Below, piece by piece: positions 35,549 through 44,134 of a stretch of 55,584 nt of DNA (the first letter of the stretch is position 1; each line of letters opens with the position of its first letter). The stretch is from positions 1 to 55,584 of the IMG/VR virus record IMGVR_UViG_3300012985_000002. One strand, written 5' to 3'. The notes under the pieces were generated by a model. The model did no database searches. It was not told the DNA's origin and was given only the letters and a program-made list of their open reading frames with translations. Origin of the DNA: a virus. Taxonomy: Duplodnaviria; Caudoviricetes. Position numbers and translations under genes: made by a program.

Positions 35549-37057
35549 GTGGCCGACGTCTTCCCAAGCTTCTACAGGCCTCGCCCGTACCAGGCAGAAC
35601 TGCACTCGTGCTACCGGAACTACCGGATCGGCATCGGCGTGTTCGCCCGGCAGACGGGCAAGGACGTGACGATGTCGATGGAGAACATCGACGCGCGTGT
35701 GAAGTACAAGAAGACGACGGGTGTGTACGTCGGCACCGACAACCCCTCCATCCGCAACATCCTCTGGGATAAGACGTATTGGGACCCCGAGCGTCAAGTC
35801 CAGGTCCACATGCTCAAGGACAATGTCCCCGTCGAACTCATGAAGGGCGGCGCGAGCGGGTGGAAAGATACGCGGATGGAGGGGTTGTTCCACAACGGTT
35901 CCAAGCTCAAGCTGGAAGGTTACTTCCAGAGTGGCAAGGACCAGAACGGTGTCGGTACGTCGTTTGACGACTACTCGTTCACCGAGCTCTCGCTGTTCGT
36001 GCGAGAGAACCCCATCCCCCGCCTGCTCCCGATTATCGACTCGGGCCAGGGTCACAAGCGTCTGATGATCGCCGCTACCCCTCGTGGCAAGCGCAACAAT
36101 CCGCTGTGGACCCTGATGCAGATCGCTGAGGGTCGTAAGGATGCCAAGGTTCTTATCCGTGGTATTGACGACATCAACGCGATCATGAAGCTCAACGGCC
36201 TCCCGCCTGTTCTGACCAAGGAACAGCTGGAGCAGATTCAGCAGAACTACCTCGTCCTCTTCGGTAACGCCCGTATGTTCGAGCAGGAGTACCACTGCTC
36301 TTTCGAAGAGATGGACTCCGCCGCCGTCTACGGTGAGGCGTACGCTCGCATGATCAAGGAGAAGCGGACCGACCCCTTCAACTGGGATCGAGGCTTCCCC
36401 ATCCACGTGGCCTTCGACATTGGCTCGGCTGGTGTCCACAACGACGCTACGTCCTGGATCGCGTTCCAGTGGATCAACAACAAGCTCTTCCTCATCGACT
36501 GCGGTGAGGGCCACGGTCGTCCTCTTCCTGAGTACGTGGACGACCTACAGATGAAGCCGTGGTTCAACCAGCTCGGCAAGATCATCCTGCCTTGGGACGG
36601 CGAGCACCACAACTCCGCCGTGCGTGAGACTCCTGCTGACATGATGCGGGAGCGGTGGGCGAACACGACCGTCCTGCAGAAGGGTACGAACCTCTGGACG
36701 GTCAAGGGACTGCCCAATACCGCCAGCAGTGACGTCATCACGATGGTCCAGCGAGTCCGCCTCACCCTGCTGAACACCTACATCAACGGCATCACGGAGG
36801 CGGAGCGTAAGCTCGGGACTGATCGCCCCAACTGCGACAAGGTCCTCGACTGTTTCGAGAACTACAAGTACGCGTATAACACCAAGCTCGAGATGTGGTC
36901 GCCGTTCCCGGTCCACGACAAGTACTCGCACTTGATGGACACCCTGCGCTACGTGGTGCAGGCCACCAAGGAAGTCAACTTCTTCGGCGACTTCATCGGG
37001 CAGGGCACTGCCACGAGCCGTGACTACGTCGAAGACTACTCAGGCGTCTGGAGTTAG
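35549..37057 (+). CDS. terL: Terminase large subunit
   Basis: Q motif YRPRPYQ, Walker A ARQTGKD, Walker B YSFTE, coupling motif ATPRG, nuclease motifs AFDIG..DATS and SHLMDTLRY. Confidence 0.92.
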   Translation: MADVFPSFYRPRPYQAELHSCYRNYRIGIGVFARQTGKDVTMSMENIDARVKYKKTTGVYVGTDNPSIRNILWDKTYWDPERQVQVHMLKDNVPVELMKGGASGWKDTRMEGLFHNGSKLKLEGYFQSGKDQNGVGTSFDDYSFTELSLFVRENPIPRLLPIIDSGQGHKRLMIAATPRGKRNNPLWTLMQIAEGRKDAKVLIRGIDDINAIMKLNGLPPVLTKEQLEQIQQNYLVLFGNARMFEQEYHCSFEEMDSAAVYGEAYARMIKEKRTDPFNWDRGFPIHVAFDIGSAGVHNDATSWIAFQWINNKLFLIDCGEGHGRPLPEYVDDLQMKPWFNQLGKIILPWDGEHHNSAVRETPADMMRERWANTTVLQKGTNLWTVKGLPNTASSDVITMVQRVRLTLLNTYINGITEAERKLGTDRPNCDKVLDCFENYKYAYNTKLEMWSPFPVHDKYSHLMDTLRYVVQATKEVNFFGDFIGQGTATSRDYVEDYSGVWS

Positions 37058-37068
37058 GAAGGACTACG

Positions 37069-37413
37069 ATGCCACTACTCAAGAAGTTCAAGACCATCAA
37101 ACAGGCGTTGCAGTACGTGCAGCAGAACCCTGGCTGGCCCAGCGATCGGATCACCGACCGCATGGACATGCCTGCCTGGGAGATGATGTCACGCAACATC
37201 TTCGACATGGCCAGCATCCGGCCTTCGAACCGCACCGAGATGAACATGGCGACGCGAGCTCAGAAGATCTTGCTCGACCGCCTGGGTGGTACCCGCCGCA
37301 TGGGTACCAACCCGGCAGTGCGCAAGGACAAGGCCCTGCAGATCGTCGACCTTACGCAGTACAGCGCTGAGGTTCCGGTGCCGGAGATGGAAGACGAGAA
37401 CGACAATGAGTAA
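37069..37413 (+). CDS. Hypothetical protein (114 aa)
   Basis: RBS GGAAGGA, follows terL. Confidence 0.7.
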   Translation: MPLLKKFKTIKQALQYVQQNPGWPSDRITDRMDMPAWEMMSRNIFDMASIRPSNRTEMNMATRAQKILLDRLGGTRRMGTNPAVRKDKALQIVDLTQYSAEVPVPEMEDENDNE

Positions 37414-37690
37414 CGTAGTCCCGATCGGGCGCAAGCTCCGCACCGAGATTCCGGAAGAGCACCGTCAGACGCCGGATACCCGCATTCAGTGGTTGTGGAT
37501 GCAGCGTGTCATTGTCGTGCAATCCATCTTCTCTCGCTCGCCTGACCCGCTGGACGTGGTTGCGGCTGGTCTCATTCTGAATGCTGCGTGGTCTGCGAAT
37601 CTTCAGTCGATAGAAATCGTTCTTCGACGTCTTGAAGGAGGCGCAGTACCTGACTCGGTAGTTCAGGAAGATGGGCCACTACCGATTTGA
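37406..37690 (+). CDS. Hypothetical protein (94 aa)
   Basis: ATG overlaps the upstream gene end; last rightward gene. Confidence 0.6.
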   Translation: MSNVVPIGRKLRTEIPEEHRQTPDTRIQWLWMQRVIVVQSIFSRSPDPLDVVAAGLILNAAWSANLQSIEIVLRRLEGGAVPDSVVQEDGPLPI

Positions 37691-37958
37691 CGGCAGGCGG
37701 GATCGGCTTCATGAGGAGTCGCACTTGCTTGATGTGGTACCGACCCTCGCACGACCCGCACTCGCACGCTAGCGGGTGCCAGAACGCTTCCTCCAGGGAG
37801 TAGGTCTCGCGGAGTTCCCCGCGCTCTTCTAGCGGAAGAGCCTTGATCGGATTTGCCTCTGCCTGAATCCTTCTACGTCTCTCTAGTTCCTTGACCCTGT
37901 GACGAGCGTACCACCGCTCGTAAGCCTCAGGCGAGAGCTCCTGCTTCTTGCTGCTCAC
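37572..37958 (-). CDS. Hypothetical protein with CxCxxC motif (128 aa)
   Basis: GTGA coupling with 37955-38515. Its 3' end overlaps the convergent gene. Confidence 0.5.
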   Translation of the reverse strand: MSSKKQELSPEAYERWYARHRVKELERRRRIQAEANPIKALPLEERGELRETYSLEEAFWHPLACECGSCEGRYHIKQVRLLMKPIPPAVKSVVAHLPELPSQVLRLLQDVEERFLSTEDSQTTQHSE

Positions 37959-38515
37959 GGCGTCAGCGTCCCGTTCTCCCACTCGGGCCAGAGCGTCAGG
38001 TTCGCCGGACGCTTGAGCTTGACCCGGAATCCCTTGCGTACCTTGTACGCCTTACCGACCTCACGCCCTGCGATCTTGGTCTTGTACGGCTTGCCGAAGT
38101 ACTCCTGCAGCACCCAGTTGATGTGGCGCAGGTGGCTGTTGGCAGAGCCGTTCTGCCCTCCGCCCCTTGGACTCACGTCCTGCAGACCCTCGGCTTCGAT
38201 CAGGTCAGTGACCTTGATACCCGTCGTCCACTCATAGACCATCACGGCAGTGATACGATGAGCAGTCTTGTCGCTCATCGTGGCGAGTGCGGCGCGGACC
38301 TCCCGCTCCCACGCTACACGCTGAGGGTTCTCTGCGATGACGAACTTCTCTTGTGTCAGAGGCATGCGACCACGAGACTCTACGGGCAGAGCCAGGTCCT
38401 CAATGTACTCAGACGTACGCGGTTCAAGAGCCGTGCTCGTGAACTGCTGTCTGATGTTCGGGTTGTGCCTTGCCTGTAGCTCGCGCTCGATGTCGCTGAG
38501 TTCCCTCTCGGCCAT
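37955..38515 (-). CDS. Hypothetical protein (186 aa), basic C-terminus
   Basis: RBS GGAAGGA, own GGTATAAT promoter. Confidence 0.8.
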   Translation of the reverse strand: MAERELSDIERELQARHNPNIRQQFTSTALEPRTSEYIEDLALPVESRGRMPLTQEKFVIAENPQRVAWEREVRAALATMSDKTAHRITAVMVYEWTTGIKVTDLIEAEGLQDVSPRGGGQNGSANSHLRHINWVLQEYFGKPYKTKIAGREVGKAYKVRKGFRVKLKRPANLTLWPEWENGTLTP

Positions 38516-38547
38516 GACTGTCCTTCCGTGCCGGGGTCTGTTCCCCC

Positions 38548-38555
38548 ATTATACC
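38548..38555 (-). promoter_or_regulatory. -10 element GGTATAAT
   Basis: Directly downstream of a terminator and upstream of 38515. Confidence 0.6.
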
Positions 38556-38557
38556 GT

Positions 38558-38605
38558 AAAAAGAAAAAGAGTGGGGGTGCAGGCCGAAGCCCGCACCCCC
38601 TACTC
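38558..38605 (-). terminator. Intrinsic terminator after Prim-Pol
   Basis: GGGGGTGCGGGC-TTCG-GCCTGCACCCCC followed by TTTTTCTTTTT. Confidence 0.9.
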
Positions 38606-38606
38606 A

Positions 38607-39428
38607 TCACGCGTAGTTCGCCACGTTCCTGATGAGCTCCTCGACCTCGTCAGGCGGCAGACCGACTTCGAGTCCTCGACGCCGAACCTCAGCCTCCCAG
38701 TTCGGGAAGTTCGCGGCCTGCATCCTGGCCCCGATCTTGTAGAGCTGGTTGTTCCGGCTACCCGCTGTGAACTTTGAGTTGAGCTTCGTCAACAGCGAGT
38801 CGTGAAGAATAGCGAGCTCTTCCTCGTCCAGTGCCAGTGCACCGTGTGCGGTGACCCTGGTCTGGTAACGAATCTCACGAGCCCTGCCGATGAGCTCACC
38901 CAGCGACGGAGGCAGTGGAGCCACGTCGAGGTTGTTGAACTTCTGGTTGGCGAAGTGGAACACGATGCCGGTGCCCTTGATGTCCACGCCGGGAATCAGG
39001 CCGATGACGTCAGGGAACTCATCGTACCCGTACTCCACGTCCCACACCGTGTATGGGACGCTGTAGAACAGGTGATACCCGTTCCCGCCCTTCGATCTCT
39101 CCGCCAGTGTCTTCGGCAGAGCCATGACCTTGCTCGTGCCGATGCCACCGTTCTTGCCGTCGATGTCGACACAGATCATCGGCAGAGACCGCATGACGAT
39201 GCCGTACGGCTGAGCGTAGCGGTCGAACAGTCGCAGAGACCGCTCCACCTGGAAGTGACCCTCAGCCTGGTTGCGAACGAACTCGTCTCGACCCCACCCC
39301 TTCTGAGTGGTGCCGTTGGAGTTGACTCGGACCAGGCTAGCCTTGGGCCAGTTGGCTAGTTGTGCAGGGAGGTCACGAGAGAAGTACTGATCGTGATCTT
39401 CGAACCACTGCTGATTGGGACGCAGCAT
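38607..39428 (-). CDS. Bifunctional DNA primase/polymerase (AEP Prim-Pol) with PriCT-like C-terminus
   Basis: CVDIDGKNG, SKGGNGYHLFY, GVDIKG and GSRNNQLY motifs. Confidence 0.85.
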   Translation of the reverse strand: MLRPNQQWFEDHDQYFSRDLPAQLANWPKASLVRVNSNGTTQKGWGRDEFVRNQAEGHFQVERSLRLFDRYAQPYGIVMRSLPMICVDIDGKNGGIGTSKVMALPKTLAERSKGGNGYHLFYSVPYTVWDVEYGYDEFPDVIGLIPGVDIKGTGIVFHFANQKFNNLDVAPLPPSLGELIGRAREIRYQTRVTAHGALALDEEELAILHDSLLTKLNSKFTAGSRNNQLYKIGARMQAANFPNWEAEVRRRGLEVGLPPDEVEELIRNVANYA

Positions 39429-39431
39429 TGC

Positions 39432-40871
39432 TTACTCCAGTTCTCGGATGACTTCGAGGTCATCCGCTGTAACTCCCTCCAGGCTGGCACCTGCAAGGAG
39501 CATGTTGATTGCATTGAGTGTGTCGGGCAGTACAGTCTTGATGTACCTTGCCGACGTGGGCTTCTTCTCTCCGCCAGGCGTTTTCGCCAACCGGAAAGTT
39601 TTCCTGTCTGTGACGAAGTTGTGAGTCATCTGACGCAGGAGGTAGTCGTCCTCCATGTTCTTGTAGCCGTTCGTTTCCAGCCACACGCGGTAGTTCTCGA
39701 GGAACGGGTTGACAAGCATCTTCCCATCGAGAATGTCCTGCAGTGTTTCGGGCGTACGACCACTGACCCACTCCAGGTAACGCAGCATCGGGCTGACGTT
39801 CCAGACAGCCTGAAGCTGCAGGTCCAGAGACTCTGCCGTGAGGCGGAGCTTGTCCTTGAGGTCTTCCTTGTTGACCCAGTGCTGACGCAACAGATACAGG
39901 AACGCCGCGAGCATCTCCGGCGTCTGCATGTTGTCGGCGAACGTCGGGTCGTCCTCGTACACGTTCGGGAACTTGAACCGTGTCAGTCGCTTCTGCAGAG
40001 CAGGAGACTTGTCACTCGTGTTCGGCTCATCGTTCAGAGCCTCCACGAACAGACAGTACGTCTGAACCTTGGTGGTCCCGTTCTCGTACAGACGACGGAG
40101 CCAGATCGGTTCACCAGCGATCAGCGTCTTCTCGGTCGATGAGTCCTTGAGGAAGTCCTTGGGACCATCGTACACGAGGTTCAGCATCTTGCTGTTGAGC
40201 TCAGGCAGGGTGACTTCCTTCGCCGCCATGTCCTGCCGTGTCATGCCTGAGATGTTGTCCTCTCCCAGCAGACCGTGCAGCATCTTGATCAGCGTACCCT
40301 TGCCGTTGTACCCTTCACCGATGAGCAGCACGTACTTGCGTGCGCTGAACGTCGGCTGCAGCATGGTAGCCAGGTGGTACAGCAGGGAGTGTGCCTGCTC
40401 TTCGCTGTTGAGCCAGCCCGCCATGATCTGAAACAGCTTCTCCGCAGGCTCGGCATCCTCCTTGTAGGGGATGTTGAGGTAGTTCGGGACGAAGTCTCCT
40501 GTCACGGGTACCAGCTCACCGGCGCCGTTGAGCTGGGCTACGTGACTCTCCTCGATCCGAACCAGGATTCCTGTCGCCTTCTCTACATGTGTAGAGAACT
40601 GCTCACACATGAAGACGAACGAGGCGAACTCTGACGGGGCGGCGAACAGCAGGTCGAGCCGGTCATTGGCCAGGTCTCTGAGCTCTCGCAGGCTGAGGCG
40701 GTGCCAGACCTTCTCGACCGGCTTGAACCGCCTGCCTGCCAGACCTTCGTACTCCCCTGTCAGGAAGTGGACCGGCACATAGAGGGAGTGACCGTGCTCC
40801 ACCATGTTGAACAGTCGAACGAGAGCCTCAGCAAGCGTTGCCCGCCCCTGCACGTTGAAAACTTGTGGCAT
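39432..40871 (-). CDS. SF3 (D5-like) helicase
   Basis: Walker A GEGYNGKGT, KTLIAGE..RRLY, ALN..P and KRL..F.FPN motifs; adjacent to Prim-Pol. Confidence 0.85.
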   Translation of the reverse strand: MPQVFNVQGRATLAEALVRLFNMVEHGHSLYVPVHFLTGEYEGLAGRRFKPVEKVWHRLSLRELRDLANDRLDLLFAAPSEFASFVFMCEQFSTHVEKATGILVRIEESHVAQLNGAGELVPVTGDFVPNYLNIPYKEDAEPAEKLFQIMAGWLNSEEQAHSLLYHLATMLQPTFSARKYVLLIGEGYNGKGTLIKMLHGLLGEDNISGMTRQDMAAKEVTLPELNSKMLNLVYDGPKDFLKDSSTEKTLIAGEPIWLRRLYENGTTKVQTYCLFVEALNDEPNTSDKSPALQKRLTRFKFPNVYEDDPTFADNMQTPEMLAAFLYLLRQHWVNKEDLKDKLRLTAESLDLQLQAVWNVSPMLRYLEWVSGRTPETLQDILDGKMLVNPFLENYRVWLETNGYKNMEDDYLLRQMTHNFVTDRKTFRLAKTPGGEKKPTSARYIKTVLPDTLNAINMLLAGASLEGVTADDLEVIRELE

Positions 40872-40898
40872 AATAGAGGTATCCTCTCGGTGGGGTCA

Positions 40899-40929
40899 GG
40901 GGGAGGTCGCGGCCACGGCGACCTCCCCC
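40899..40929. terminator. 12-bp GC-rich stem-loop
   Basis: GGGGGAGGTCGC-GGCCACG-GCGACCTCCCCC. There is no clear U-tract. Confidence 0.5.
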
Positions 40930-40934
40930 ATTCT

Positions 40935-41090
40935 TCAGTTGTCGCGGAGTGCGCTCGGAGCCACCATGACAGGCGGTGGTGCCATGTCCTTGAGCAATTC
41001 GAACTTCTCCTTGATGATCTTCGTCTCGTAGCCGTCTGCTGCGGGGACCTGCTCGATGAGTTCCTCGACAGCCTTGTTGATAGCAGCCAT
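40935..41090 (-). CDS. Small hypothetical protein, 51 aa (MAAINKAVEELIEQ...)
   Basis: Fills the gap between the helicases, good codon use, GGTATAAT just upstream. Confidence 0.65.
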   Translation of the reverse strand: MAAINKAVEELIEQVPAADGYETKIIKEKFELLKDMAPPPVMVAPSALRDN

Positions 41091-41147
41091 GATCATTATA
41101 CCCTCTCTGGGTGTCGGTGTGGTGTAGTGTTCCGTTACGTGTGATGG

Positions 41148-42374
41148 CTACTTGATGGTTGCTGTGACGACGACACGTTCCAGTTCGTCGCCCTTTCCTC
41201 GCGGGAGGATTCGTCCGATGACCTGTCGGCGCTTTGCGTGGTCGCCTCGAATGTCATCCAGGATGAGAAGGGATTGACAGGTCTTGTCCAGCCCATCCAG
41301 TCCTTCAGCGATCGCGGTGGTGCCGATGAGGAAACCACGATCAGACGCGATGAACTTGGACTTGATGGGTTCGACGTCTCTACCCTTGGTGTCTCCATCG
41401 ATCTGGAACACCTCCCTGAATCTGAGCGAGAGCGACTTGTTAGCCGCATCTGCTACTGTCTTGTGCGAGCAGAAGACCAGCCACTGCTTGCGGTCAGGGT
41501 AGTGGGCCAGCATCTCCATCACCGACTCGGTGATGTCCTCGTGGAGCATGCCCCAACGAGGATCGATGTACTGCTGGTCCACCCGCTTGTGGAACTTCTC
41601 CATGAGACTCGCCACGACCCGCTTGTGCTGACGGCTGTACCCGTAGCGTTCGTAGATCATGTTGAAGTGGTCAGGCAGTTCGAGGTTCACCCTCGTCCAG
41701 TCCGCTGTGTCCTCGATGTAGAAGCACCAGCGCTTGTCGGAGATGTAGTCGATCACCGAGTCGTGACGCTTGAACTCCACGAAGTCAGGGTAGATCGAGT
41801 ACCTACTCGCCTTGACCTCGCAGTGGAAGATGAGCCAGTCCATGTAGTTGCGGATCGCACTCTGGTCTGCCAGCACGTCGAGGCAGAACGCCCGCTCTGC
41901 CTTGTTGTAGTTCGGCGTTGCTGACATGAGCACGACCTCATGCTGGAACTTCCTCATCATCCGCTCGAAGCGTTGCCAGCCTGCAGCGTCCCGTCCTCCG
42001 AGCCTGTGTACCTCGTCCACGATCCACGGAATGTCTCTCGTGAACTTGGTCTCAGGTCGGATGAAGAGCTCAGGTGAGTAGAGATGAAGCTTCATCCCCA
42101 TCAGCTGTGCTGCCCTGTACCAGCCACCGTGCGTCTTCTTCGGAGCGATGACGTTGACCTCCTTCCAGCCCCGCACTCGGATGAGTGCGAGGCTGGTGTA
42201 GGTCTTACCCTCACCCGTTGGGAAGAACAGCAGGCACCGCTTGAGGTTCAGCGCCTCCCATGAGTGGAAGGCATCCGTCTGCGACGGCTTCCACTTGTCG
42301 AAGTCCTTGACGAACTTCGTGAGGATACCCTCAAGCGCTGTCCAGATGGAATCGGCATCGGTGAGTGCACTCAC
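41148..42374 (-). CDS. SF2 DNA helicase
   Basis: PTGEGKT, DEVH, SAT, EGLD and QVIGRI motifs; RBS AAGGAGG. Confidence 0.88.
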   Translation of the reverse strand: MSALTDADSIWTALEGILTKFVKDFDKWKPSQTDAFHSWEALNLKRCLLFFPTGEGKTYTSLALIRVRGWKEVNVIAPKKTHGGWYRAAQLMGMKLHLYSPELFIRPETKFTRDIPWIVDEVHRLGGRDAAGWQRFERMMRKFQHEVVLMSATPNYNKAERAFCLDVLADQSAIRNYMDWLIFHCEVKASRYSIYPDFVEFKRHDSVIDYISDKRWCFYIEDTADWTRVNLELPDHFNMIYERYGYSRQHKRVVASLMEKFHKRVDQQYIDPRWGMLHEDITESVMEMLAHYPDRKQWLVFCSHKTVADAANKSLSLRFREVFQIDGDTKGRDVEPIKSKFIASDRGFLIGTTAIAEGLDGLDKTCQSLLILDDIRGDHAKRRQVIGRILPRGKGDELERVVVTATIK

Positions 42375-42446
42375 TGCCGTCCTCCTTACAGGTCACGTGA
42401 GCCTCGGGCGAGCAGACCGGACACTCAGGGTCTCGGAGTCCAGGCC

Positions 42447-42995
42447 TCACTGGTCGATGTTCCGGTACGGGTTGCCGAAGCCTTCGATCGCTCGGCCCTC
42501 GCCCTGGTGTCCACGGTTCTTGATCTCCATGTACTCCCGAGCGGTGGTCGCCTCGATCATGTCAGGACCGATGACGCTCTTGGCGATGCTGAGGTAACCC
42601 TCGACATCGTCATAGCTGTCCTTGTAGTCCGGCATCTTGCCGATGCGGTGTGCCTTGATCAAGATCATGATGATCGGCACGTCGACCGGTCGCACCTGCC
42701 GTCCGCTCAGGTAGGCGTTGATCATCGCCGCCTGCTCGACCTGGTTCTGGACCTTGTCACCGTACGCCGTACGACCGTCGAGGATCGCAGGCGTGGTCAC
42801 GACCTCGACCTTGTCCTCATCTCCCGGTCCCTTCAGCTCCCACGGAGCAGGCCGGGCCTCGTGCCCGTTGCACGAGAACCAGAGCCAGCGCGGAGAGCCG
42901 TCGTTGTCCGTGCTTCCGTCACGCGCCTCGACGCTCCAGTCGTGTGCGTCGTGTGCCTGCGTCTTGAAGCAGTTGCGCGGCTCGTAGTCACTCAT
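42447..42995 (-). CDS. DUF6378-like domain protein (182 aa)
   Basis: R.AYGD..N...A.MI.AYL...DV.I.MILIK..R....DSY.D..GY pattern. Confidence 0.65.
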   Translation of the reverse strand: MSDYEPRNCFKTQAHDAHDWSVEARDGSTDNDGSPRWLWFSCNGHEARPAPWELKGPGDEDKVEVVTTPAILDGRTAYGDKVQNQVEQAAMINAYLSGRQVRPVDVPIIMILIKAHRIGKMPDYKDSYDDVEGYLSIAKSVIGPDMIEATTAREYMEIKNRGHQGEGRAIEGFGNPYRNIDQ

Positions 42996-43314
42996 CGTCT
43001 TCTCCATCTTCCTTGTCTTCCTTCTTGACGAGTCCCAGACGCTCGGCGAGCGCCTGTCGTTCTTTGGGTTCCAGCCCGCCGAACACACCTTCACGACGAT
43101 AGCCATTCGGCTCTCGCGTCAGGATATAGAACAAGCACTCGACTCTCTTCGAGCACTTGGTGTTGCAGATTTCCTTGGCCTCGGCTCGGACCTTAAGGTC
43201 ACCCGTGAACCACCGCTCCGTGTCCATACCATGACACGCAGCGACATCCATCCACGGGAACGGATCAGGGTTCTCGAAGTCGAGGTCGTTGTCTACATAG
43301 ACACGAGTTGCCAT
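42988..43314 (-). CDS. whiB: WhiB-family Fe-S transcription factor
   Basis: WMDVAAC...WF...AKEIC...C....EC...GVFGGL...ER. Confidence 0.92.
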   Translation of the reverse strand: MATRVYVDNDLDFENPDPFPWMDVAACHGMDTERWFTGDLKVRAEAKEICNTKCSKRVECLFYILTREPNGYRREGVFGGLEPKERQALAERLGLVKKEDKEDGEDDE

Positions 43315-43811
43315 GGCGTTCCCTCCGGGTAGAGCATGTCCTCGAAGAACTGGCAGATCACCTCGTTGGCCGCATCGTCTCTGTACCCTCGCATGAGGGC
43401 CACCCGCGCCGCCGACTTGAGGTCAGCGTGGTTGGTGGGCAGATCGAAGCGGTCTACCTTGAAGAGCCTCAGCGTGTGGTTGGTCACCACCTGTCTGATG
43501 CCTGTGTTGTCCTCGACCTGGAACTCCTGGATGCGACCGATCCGCTGTACGAGTGTGGTCATCATCCTGTCCTGGATCATGTTACGACCACGAGGCCTGT
43601 AGCCTTCCACGCCTGCGAGGGTGGCACCGGCCACCACACTCATGACGAGCAGAGCCTGCTCGTCTACGTAGACCTTGTCCTCGTTGTGGTTCACCATGCG
43701 GTGAAAGACCTGTGCATGCACAGCCCACTCCCGCTTGTCTGAGTCGAGGTTGATCCTGACCAGCCCTGTATCGACGATGCCAGGGTCCACGCCGGTCAGA
43801 GCGATCTTCAT
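43293..43811 (-). CDS. RuvC-like Holliday junction resolvase
   Basis: N-terminal GVDPGIVDTG, GVE, and C-terminal HADLKSA. Confidence 0.7.
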   Translation of the reverse strand: MKIALTGVDPGIVDTGLVRINLDSDKREWAVHAQVFHRMVNHNEDKVYVDEQALLVMSVVAGATLAGVEGYRPRGRNMIQDRMMTTLVQRIGRIQEFQVEDNTGIRQVVTNHTLRLFKVDRFDLPTNHADLKSAARVALMRGYRDDAANEVICQFFEDMLYPEGTPWQLVSM

Positions 43812-44083
43812 CGCGCGTGCTCGGTCTTGTACTGCTTGATGAAGCCCATGACCTCGCCGTACATGCCGCCGATCGCCAGGTGGTTCTTGTACTCCACGAT
43901 CGGAACCTGCTTGATGCTCAGGTCCTCGGTGAAGTAGCGGAGGTTCTCCGCGTTCTCCGGCGTAGTCAGGTCTTCAACTCGGAAGTCCTCGCCCTCCTTG
44001 AGCTCGTGCTGCTGCAGCTGGCGGATGACGCCAGGGCAGCGCGTGCAGGTGGGAGTCTTCCAGATGATGATACGATCGTCCAC
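43808..44083 (-). CDS. nrdH: NrdH-like glutaredoxin
   Basis: TPTCTRC (CxxC) and cis-Pro motif QVPIV; 91 aa. Confidence 0.85.
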   Translation of the reverse strand: MDDRIIIWKTPTCTRCPGVIRQLQQHELKEGEDFRVEDLTTPENAENLRYFTEDLSIKQVPIVEYKNHLAIGGMYGEVMGFIKQYKTEHAR

Positions 44084-44099
44084 GATGTTTCCTTTCTAT

Positions 44100-44127
44100 G
44101 GGGCGGGTGTTGTGGTACACCCGCCCC
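44100..44127 (-). terminator. 11-bp stem-loop after the polymerase gene
   Basis: Plus strand GGGGCGGGTGT-TGTGGT-ACACCCGCCCC. Confidence 0.5.
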
Positions 44128-44134
44128 GTGTTGG

